From positions 984 through 64,983 of the forward strand of contig JAGUZN010000220.1 of assembly GCA_020060775.1 (NCBI GenBank): 64,000 nt of DNA, written 5' to 3'. The notes beneath the pieces are model-generated. The model worked only from the letters and a program-made list of their open reading frames with translations, was not told where the DNA came from and searched no databases. Of this stretch, positions 57,364 through 64,000 are shown one piece after another. The stretch comes from Armatimonadota bacterium (lineage in GTDB: Bacteria; Armatimonadota; Hebobacteria; CAIYQO01). Position 1 is the first letter of the stretch, and each line of letters begins with the position of its first letter. The position numbers were made by a program, and so were the translations under genes.

Positions 57364-58458
57364 GTGCGTATCACACCGGTTTTTGTTGCAGTGCTGGCAG
57401 CGCTGTGGTGCTGCCTGATGTCTGCCGCTACGGCACAGGTCACGCAATTACCCGGCATTCCTGCGGAAACCAGCCCGTTGCCCGTGGAAGACACGGCACC
57501 TGCCCCCCTACCCACCGGCGAGGGAGAGGACGAGGTGGCGCCACCGCCGGCCGAAGAGGCGGCGTTACCCTCGCAGGTACGGCGGGCGGACCTGATGATC
57601 AAGCGCGGCGAAGCTGAGTTGGAATGGCGCGTGTCCTACTCGCATTTCTCCTCCAACACCCTGTTTATCGATGGCGTGGCCATGTTGCCGATCATGGTTA
57701 TCGGCAATGTGGCGGTCGAACGCGTGCGGCGCGACCTGATCATCACGTCGGCGGCGGTGCGCTACGGGTTGCAGGACAATCTGGAGGGCGAGGTTCGCCT
57801 CCCCTTCCGCTACCAGTTCGAACGCCGGGCTGTTCCCGATGCCTCGCCCCCGCAGGAAGATACGCTCAACGGCTTCGGCCTGGGTGATATCGAAGGGGCA
57901 CTGTATTACCAACTTCCCAAGACACCGCAGAGCACCGTGCGGTGGATCGTCAGCGCCGGGGTGAAAACCGCTACCGGCAAGGATATCTTCGAAATCGATA
58001 CCAACGAGGAAGTCCCACTGGGCTCGGGGTTCTGGAGTTCGAAGTTCGGCATCACCGGCATGAAGATCGCCGATCCCGCCGCGATCTACTGGAACGCGGG
58101 CTTCACCTATAACTGGCTGCGGGAGAATATCCGCATCGTCTCGACAGATCAGACGACCGGCGACACCGTAGTCAGTTACGTCAATATCAAACCGGGCAAC
58201 ACTATCGATTTCGGCGGCGGCGTGGCCTATGCGCTGAATCCCAAACTCTCCCTCAACATGGGCGTGTCCGCCAGCTTTAGCGGTTCGACCACCTCAAACG
58301 ACCGGCGCGTGCCCAACACCGCGGTGACCAGCGCCACCCTCCGGTTAGGGGCGGTGTGGGTAGGGGAAGTCCTGCCGGTTGATCTCTCGCTCGGCATCGG
58401 GCTCACGGAAGACTCTCCGGACTTCACGCTCGAATTCCGTCAGAACTATCGATTTTGA
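57364..58458 (+). CDS. Secreted protein with a Pro/Ala/Glu-rich linker and a C-terminal beta-barrel-like domain ending in an aromatic residue (outer-membrane transporter-like; FapF-like by architecture).
   Basis: Signal peptide MRITPVFVAVLAALWCCLMSAATAQ. Alternating hydrophobic beta-strand pattern. C-terminal '..EFRQNYRF'. Confidence 0.55.
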   Translation: MRITPVFVAVLAALWCCLMSAATAQVTQLPGIPAETSPLPVEDTAPAPLPTGEGEDEVAPPPAEEAALPSQVRRADLMIKRGEAELEWRVSYSHFSSNTLFIDGVAMLPIMVIGNVAVERVRRDLIITSAAVRYGLQDNLEGEVRLPFRYQFERRAVPDASPPQEDTLNGFGLGDIEGALYYQLPKTPQSTVRWIVSAGVKTATGKDIFEIDTNEEVPLGSGFWSSKFGITGMKIADPAAIYWNAGFTYNWLRENIRIVSTDQTTGDTVVSYVNIKPGNTIDFGGGVAYALNPKLSLNMGVSASFSGSTTSNDRRVPNTAVTSATLRLGAVWVGEVLPVDLSLGIGLTEDSPDFTLEFRQNYRF

Positions 58459-58631
58459 GCATGCCGGCAGCAGCCCGGATATCAATGGTACGGTATGGTT
58501 GAGTGGGGGAGGGCATGCCATGCATCCTTCCCCCCGCATCTTCTGACCGCTCGAATCTCGCCTGACCTTGCCAGAACCGGCGTTGATCCGTATACTGTGG
58601 GCATTCCGGCATCCCCGCCTGACGACCGCCC

Positions 58632-61600
58632 ATGTTTCTCAAACGATTAGAGTTGTACGGATTCAAAACCTTTGCCGACCGCACCGAGCTGGAACTGGGT
58701 CCCGGCATCACGGCGATCGTGGGCCCCAATGGCTCAGGCAAAAGCAATATCAGCGATGCCATCCTCTGGGTGCTCGGCGAGCAAAGCACCAAAGCCCTGC
58801 GCAGCGCGCGGTCGACCGATGTCATCTTCAAGGGGTCGGAGTCGCGCAAGGCGCTGGGCATGGCCGAGGTCAACCTCACGCTCGACAACGAGCACGGCGA
58901 TCTCCCCATCGATTATAACGAGGTCACCGTCACCCGCTGCGTCTTCCGCTCCGGCGAGTCCGAGTACCTGATCAACCGCACCCCGGTGCGCCTGCGCGAT
59001 GTCCATGAACTGTTTATGGACACCGGCATCGGCAAGCACTCGTATTCCATCATCAGCCAGGGTGAAGTGGATGCCGTGCTTTCTTCGCGCTCGGAAGACC
59101 GTCGCGCGCTCTTTGAAGAGGTGGCGGGCATCACGAAGTACAAGCACCGCAAAAAGGAAGCCCTGCGCAAGCTCGAGCAAACACAGCAGAACCTGTTGCG
59201 CGTGAGCGATATCATCAACGAACTGGAATCACAGCTCGAGCCCATGGCCGCGCAATCGGAAAAAGCCAGGCAGTATCAGGTGCTCAACGCCGAACTCACC
59301 GACCTCCACCTTTCGCTGGTCGTCGCACAGTACCAGGGGTTGCAGGGCAGCCTGGCGCGTTCGCGCGAACGGGAAGCCGAACTGCACCAGGAACTCGAGC
59401 AGTTGCGCCATACCCTGCAGCAGGCTGAAGTGAAAGAGACGACCTTGCGCGCCGCGTTGCAGCAACTCGAGGACGAGTTGGAGGAACGGCGCGGCGTGGA
59501 GAATCGCCTGGCGGCAGCCGTGCAGGGCACGGAGAGCAAGCTTGCGTTGCTCAAACAACAGGAAGATGTCGCGCGTAAAGAGTGTGAACGCATTGAGCGC
59601 GAACGCGGCGAGGGCGAGCAACAGGCCGAAGCGCTGCAGTGCGAAATTGACACCGCCGAGCAGGAGCAGGCGCGTTTGCAGGAGATCATCGCCGGCCTCG
59701 AGGGGGAAATCGCCGCGGCGGATGATACGCTGAAAGAGGCCACTGCCGCGGTGGAAGCGGTCGCGCAACAACTCCATGAGCGGCGCGGCGCTTACCTCGA
59801 CGCCCTTGACCAGGTGGCGAAAGTGCGCAATGAACTGGCGCGCCTGGATTCGATGCTGAAAACCTCAGACGGGCGTTTGACGCGCATTGCCGAGGAACGT
59901 CGTGAAGTCGACGGCAAACTCGCTGCCCGGCGAGCAGAGAAGCAGACCGCCGATGCCCGCGTCCACGCGTGTAAAACCGCGCGCGAGTCCCTCATCGCCA
60001 GGCGTAATGAAGTGAATGCTGCCCGCCAGGCTGCCGTGGAACAGCAGGCAGAAGCGCGACAGCAGGAACATCGCCTGCGCGAAGGATTGGCCGGCTTGCG
60101 CGAGCGCCAGCGCACCCTGCAGGAATTGGAAGATTCGCTGGAAGGTTACTTTCCCGGCGTACGCGCGGTGATGGCGGCCGCACAGTCGGGCACGTTGGCC
60201 GGCTGGTATGCGCCGGTTACCGAATTGATCAATGTGCCCGCCGAGCTGGAGACGGCCGCGGAAGTCGCGCTCGGCGCGAATTTACAAGACGTGGTGACCG
60301 ATGGCGAGCAATCCGCGAAAGCGGCGATTTCCCTGCTGAAGCGCGCCAACGCGGGGCGCGCGACGTTCCTGCCGATGGATCTGATCTCCCCCGCTCCCCG
60401 GGCGACCGTGCCGGACATGGATGGCGTACTCGGTCTGTTCATGGATTTAGTGGGCTACGACCACCAGCATGAGCGCGTGGTGCAGCATATTATGGGGCGC
60501 GTGATCGTCGCGCGTGATCTGGATGCCGCGCTCGCCGCCGCCAAATCGCCGCACGCCAGCGGGTGGAATCGCATCGTCACGCTGGAAGGCGAGGTTGTCC
60601 ATCCCTCGCGCGCCATGACCGGTGGTTCGAAGGGACGGGGCAGCGGGCTGCTCACGCGCAAACGCGAACTGCAGGAACTCACCGAGCAACTGGAGACGCT
60701 GGAGCGCAAAGCGCAACAGGCGCACACGCGATATCAGGAGATTACCGCCGAGCTGCAGCGCCTGGAGGGCGAGGTGGTCCGCGTTGCCAAGCAGAGCGAA
60801 CAGGCGGCAGCGCAGCAAGCGGAGGCCGAACGCGCGGTGGCGACCGTGCAGCGCGACGTGCAGGCGCTGGATGAACGCCTCGGCGCTCTCGATGAAGAGA
60901 CCGCGTGGATCACGCGGGAGGTGGAGGAAACCCGCGCCGACCATCAGCGCTTGCTCGAGTCGCTGGCCGAAACCGAGGGACGCCAACGCGAGGCCGAGCA
61001 GGCCATTGCCGAGGCGGAGGGGACACTGGCGGCAGAACAGCGCGAGCGCGATACGGTGACCGAGCGGTTTGCCGCGCTGCGCTTAACACTGACCGAAGTG
61101 CGCGGACAGTGGCAAACCCAGCAGGCGGCAGCACGTCGGGCATCGGAGCAACGCGAAGCCCTGCACCAGCGGCTGCAGCAGCATGACAGCACGACCGCGC
61201 GGTTAGCCGAGGAGATCGCCCAACTGTGCGCGAAGCACACCGACGCCGCGGCTGAACTCGAGCGCCAGCGCGCTGCCCTGCAGAAAAGCGGGACGGATCT
61301 GGAGGGGGCGCGGGGACGGCGCACCGCCATGCTCGAGGCCATCGCCGCCAGCCTGGAAGCGCAGAAGGCCCTGCGCGAACAGGTGGAGGGCTGCCAGGAC
61401 CGCGTGCACCGCACGGATTTGCGCACCACGCAGATCGAGACGGAGCTCGGCTTCCTGGAGACGCAGTTCTTCGAGGATTACCGCCTCACCACCGAACAGG
61501 CGATTGTCCGCGCGAAACCGGTGGAACACCGCGGCGTGGCCATCGCCCGCATGAAGGAATTGCAGGCCGCCGTCGATGAGTTGGGCACCGTCAATTTGGG

Positions 61601-62204
61601 GGCCATCGAGGAGTACGACCGCATCTGCGAGCGCTTATCCTTTCTCACCGCCCAGCGCACTGATCTGGAAGAAGGGCGCGCCAGCCTGCTGAAGGTGATT
61701 GTCGAGATCGACACGACGTGCAAGGAAAAATTCCTCGAGGCCTTTGCCGCGATCGCCCGCGAGTTTCAGGACCTGTTTGCGCAACTCTTCGGCGGCGGCA
61801 CGACGCAACTCACCCTGGAAGACCCGGCGAACGTGTTGGAGAGCGGCATCGAGATTCATGTCACCATCCCGGGAAAGCGCAATCAGCATCTCCTGCAGCT
61901 CTCCGGGGGGGAGCGGGCGCTCACTGCGCTGGCGTTGCTGTTTGCCATGTTGCGCGTGAAGCCCAGCCCCTTCGTGGTGCTCGACGAGATCGACGCGCCT
62001 CTCGACGAAGCCAATGTCGGGCGCTATTGCGATGTACTGCTCGGCTTCACCGACCGCACCCAGTTCCTGGTGGTGACCCACAACAAGGGCACCATGGAGG
62101 CTGCCGACGTCCTGTACGGCGTCACCATGGAAAAGGCCGGGGTGTCCAAGATCATCGGCGTCCGCCTGTCCGACGGCCAGCAGACCCTGCCCGTCACTGC
62201 CTAA
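58632..62204 (+). CDS. smc: Chromosome segregation protein SMC.
   Basis: N-terminal Walker A 'FKTFADRTELELGPGITAIVGPNGSGKSNI'. Long coiled coils with central hinge 'AGWYAPVTELINVP'. C-terminal signature 'LSGGERALTALALLFAM..VLDEIDAPLDE'. Confidence 0.95.
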   Translation: MFLKRLELYGFKTFADRTELELGPGITAIVGPNGSGKSNISDAILWVLGEQSTKALRSARSTDVIFKGSESRKALGMAEVNLTLDNEHGDLPIDYNEVTVTRCVFRSGESEYLINRTPVRLRDVHELFMDTGIGKHSYSIISQGEVDAVLSSRSEDRRALFEEVAGITKYKHRKKEALRKLEQTQQNLLRVSDIINELESQLEPMAAQSEKARQYQVLNAELTDLHLSLVVAQYQGLQGSLARSREREAELHQELEQLRHTLQQAEVKETTLRAALQQLEDELEERRGVENRLAAAVQGTESKLALLKQQEDVARKECERIERERGEGEQQAEALQCEIDTAEQEQARLQEIIAGLEGEIAAADDTLKEATAAVEAVAQQLHERRGAYLDALDQVAKVRNELARLDSMLKTSDGRLTRIAEERREVDGKLAARRAEKQTADARVHACKTARESLIARRNEVNAARQAAVEQQAEARQQEHRLREGLAGLRERQRTLQELEDSLEGYFPGVRAVMAAAQSGTLAGWYAPVTELINVPAELETAAEVALGANLQDVVTDGEQSAKAAISLLKRANAGRATFLPMDLISPAPRATVPDMDGVLGLFMDLVGYDHQHERVVQHIMGRVIVARDLDAALAAAKSPHASGWNRIVTLEGEVVHPSRAMTGGSKGRGSGLLTRKRELQELTEQLETLERKAQQAHTRYQEITAELQRLEGEVVRVAKQSEQAAAQQAEAERAVATVQRDVQALDERLGALDEETAWITREVEETRADHQRLLESLAETEGRQREAEQAIAEAEGTLAAEQRERDTVTERFAALRLTLTEVRGQWQTQQAAARRASEQREALHQRLQQHDSTTARLAEEIAQLCAKHTDAAAELERQRAALQKSGTDLEGARGRRTAMLEAIAASLEAQKALREQVEGCQDRVHRTDLRTTQIETELGFLETQFFEDYRLTTEQAIVRAKPVEHRGVAIARMKELQAAVDELGTVNLGAIEEYDRICERLSFLTAQRTDLEEGRASLLKVIVEIDTTCKEKFLEAFAAIAREFQDLFAQLFGGGTTQLTLEDPANVLESGIEIHVTIPGKRNQHLLQLSGGERALTALALLFAMLRVKPSPFVVLDEIDAPLDEANVGRYCDVLLGFTDRTQFLVVTHNKGTMEAADVLYGVTMEKAGVSKIIGVRLSDGQQTLPVTA

Positions 62205-62209
62205 GAAAC

Positions 62210-62375
62210 TGTTATGAACGTCTCTGTCCGGTCTCGCGTGATCTGTTCGCGCCAGTCCGTATCGGGACTCCTCACCCTATCGGTCTTGGAGAGTACCTCG
62301 GCGTCCCGATACGGACGGCTACGAACATCCACGGCGCGATCCGCGAACAGATCCTTTCACAACAATTTCTAACAC
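62210..62375. repeat. Nested-palindrome element, copy B (see 43605..43785).
   Basis: Begins 3 nt after the smc stop. Inner stem GTCCGTATCGGGA / TCCCGATACGGAC carries compensatory changes relative to copy A. Confidence 0.7.
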
Positions 62376-62427
62376 AGAGGCGCCGCTCAACGCGACGCCT
62401 CAGAATCATTCCGCCTGCCGCAGCGCC

Positions 62428-63282
62428 CTATACCCGCGCGCCAGCCACCCGCTCGTAGAGCGCCATGAAGCGCCGCCCGTACTCGAGGTAGCTGTCGAAG
62501 AGCAACTGCTCGCGCTCCTCGCCACCGATGTCGCCGGTATGCACCACTGCAGCGATATGCGGTTCGATCGAATACCCGCCGTCATAGCCGTGCTCGAGCA
62601 GGATGCGCACCGAGTCCTCTACGCGGCAACTGCCCTCGCCCGGGTAGGTGAAGATCGGCTTGTGGTCCTCACTCATGTAACCGTCCTTGATGTGGACATG
62701 CACGACGTGATCGATTACTTTACGCAGGTAGTCCTGGGCATCCTGTTGGTGGATGAAGGTATTTCCGGTATCGAACACCAGCTTCAGCGCCGGGCTGTCC
62801 ACCCGCTCCAGCAGTTCCAGCGTGTTCTCCGGCGATTCGCCACCCCAGCCGGTGCAGTTTTCGTGCAGCAGGGTGATGCCGCCATCTTCCGCCATTGTCG
62901 CCAGTTCGCGAATGCGGCGCACCGCTTCATCGCGCCAGGCCTCATCGGACAAGCCATCGTTCTCGAACGACATGATGCGGATGAATGACGTGCCGCTGCG
63001 CTGCATGCGCGGGATCGCCTGGCGCAACTCGTTGACATCCCGTGCGAAATCACCGCTGATCTTGCGGCTCCAGTTCGCCAGCGCTGAGGCAAAGCAGCAG
63101 ATGGTCATCCCGGCTTCCTCGATGGCCTCGAGCGCACGGTCGAAGGTGGCGTCATCGACCAGTGTCGCATTCGTGCCTTCGATCAAACGCAGTTCCAGTT
63201 GTTGCCAGCCCAGTGCCTTGTGCGCGGCGATTTGCTGCGCGACTTTACCGCCGGCTTCATCGGAAATCCCAGTGAAATACAT
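62428..63282 (-). CDS. Sugar phosphate isomerase/epimerase (xylose-isomerase-like TIM barrel).
   Basis: 284 aa. 'ITLLHENCTGWGG', 'HVHIKD' and an 'EPH'-type metal-ligand pattern. Confidence 0.62.
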   Translation of the reverse strand: MYFTGISDEAGGKVAQQIAAHKALGWQQLELRLIEGTNATLVDDATFDRALEAIEEAGMTICCFASALANWSRKISGDFARDVNELRQAIPRMQRSGTSFIRIMSFENDGLSDEAWRDEAVRRIRELATMAEDGGITLLHENCTGWGGESPENTLELLERVDSPALKLVFDTGNTFIHQQDAQDYLRKVIDHVVHVHIKDGYMSEDHKPIFTYPGEGSCRVEDSVRILLEHGYDGGYSIEPHIAAVVHTGDIGGEEREQLLFDSYLEYGRRFMALYERVAGARV

Positions 63283-63382
63283 GGTTGCACTCCTTGAATG
63301 TGCGGGTGACAGTGTTATCCAGTGTGTATGGTTTGACGAGGCAGTAACGCATTCCTGCCCCAGATGGATAAAGTGGAATGCG

Positions 63383-63772
63383 TTAGTCGACCAATACGCT
63401 GATCAGCAGGATGATGCCGAGCATGACGACAATCATGCTCGACAGGACGACGGCGGTGACGATGCGGGTAAAGGTGCGCAACTGCTGTGCGATGGAGTCG
63501 GCGCGCTCGCGGCACTCGACCAATACGGCCGCCGGAACCATGCGCAACGCCAGCGCAATGCCCACGGGCACGATCACCAGGTCATCGAGGTAGCCGAGTA
63601 GGGGAAGCGAATCGGGGATGAGATCGATCGGACTGAGGAGGTAGGCGAGCACCAACAGCACTACCGCCCGGGCTTTCCATGGCGTCTGCTGATGCCGGAA
63701 CGCCAGGTACAACGTGGCGCTCTCACGATTCAGTCGGTGCGCCCAGGTGCGCCACCCTTTCCACGAGGCCAT
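63383..63772 (-). CDS. DUF1232 (YkvA-like) small membrane protein.
   Basis: 'SPIDLIPDSLPLLGYLDDLVIVPVGIALAL'. Confidence 0.62.
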   Translation of the reverse strand: MASWKGWRTWAHRLNRESATLYLAFRHQQTPWKARAVVLLVLAYLLSPIDLIPDSLPLLGYLDDLVIVPVGIALALRMVPAAVLVECRERADSIAQQLRTFTRIVTAVVLSSMIVVMLGIILLISVLVD

Positions 63773-63775
63773 ACT

Positions 63776-64000
63776 TCAATACCCCAACGCTTGCAGGCGT
63801 TCCAACGTGAGCCCACCGGATGACTCCCGGGCGGTGAGCAGTCGGTCGATATAGCGGGCGAGGAGATCGACTTCGATATTCACACGGTCACCCACAGCAC
63901 GCAGGCTCAGCGTGGTCGCCTGCAAGGTGTGGCGGATCAGCGATACGGCGAAGGTCTCTGCGGTCACCGATACCACCGTCAAGCTGATGCCGTCCACGGC
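63776..64000 (-). CDS. ribE: Riboflavin synthase alpha subunit, C-terminal part (gene continues beyond the window edge).
   Basis: 'DGISLTVVSV..DRVNIEVDLLARY' is the second lumazine-binding repeat. Confidence 0.55.
   Translation of the reverse strand, partial: AVDGISLTVVSVTAETFAVSLIRHTLQATTLSLRAVGDRVNIEVDLLARYIDRLLTARESSGGLTLERLQALGY

Overview
GC-rich bacterial chromosomal window (about 60-65% GC by eye, with several clearly AT-richer islands). Housekeeping anchors are leuS (18137..20667, -) and smc (58632..62204, +). The rest is largely accessory DNA, in six blocks. (1) 1..8.3 kb is a low-GC island ending in a tyrosine integrase. It carries a translationally coupled three-gene operon built around a short, catalytically inactive prokaryotic Argonaute (MID-PIWI, 404 aa), preceded by a 357-aa partner and followed by a PD-(D/E)xK nuclease-like protein. 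Upstream sits a 969-aa mosaic protein that fuses an amino-methyltransferase domain (DPPY motif) to the C-terminal half of an ADP-ribosylglycohydrolase fold. This is my best candidate for an undescribed defence system. (2) 9-30 kb holds a dense run of small-molecule-modifying enzymes (GNATs, nucleotidyltransferases, APH-like kinase, HAD hydrolases, five SAM methyltransferases, CN-hydrolase, polysaccharide deacetylase), many coupled by ATGA start/stop overlaps. (3) 30.3-33.4 kb is an AbiEi/AbiEii type IV toxin-antitoxin pair next to an IS66-family transposase remnant and a second AbiEii fragment. (4) 33.4-38 kb is a very AT-rich island encoding a polytopic membrane protein, a sodium:solute symporter and a protein with two DDxxD motifs (terpene/isoprenoid-synthase fold). 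(5) An intact IS256-family element flanked by 8-9 bp direct repeats sits at 38.3-39.7 kb. (6) 53.6-58.5 kb encodes three paralogous secreted Asn/Asp/Gly-rich repeat proteins, each with an N-terminal LSxxELDxVAAG motif, followed by a secreted C39 peptidase and a C-terminal-Phe beta-barrel-like protein. That is the architecture of Fap-type functional-amyloid loci. Also present: a NifX-like / twin MinD-type Fe-S ATPase / DUF5320 / PadR cluster; a roughly 170-bp nested-palindrome element in two copies with compensatory stem changes; and an array of 18-bp direct repeats next to a ParB-like HTH gene. No rRNA, tRNA or CRISPR array was recognised. All calls rest on motif-level reading of the supplied translations; none is backed by a database search.
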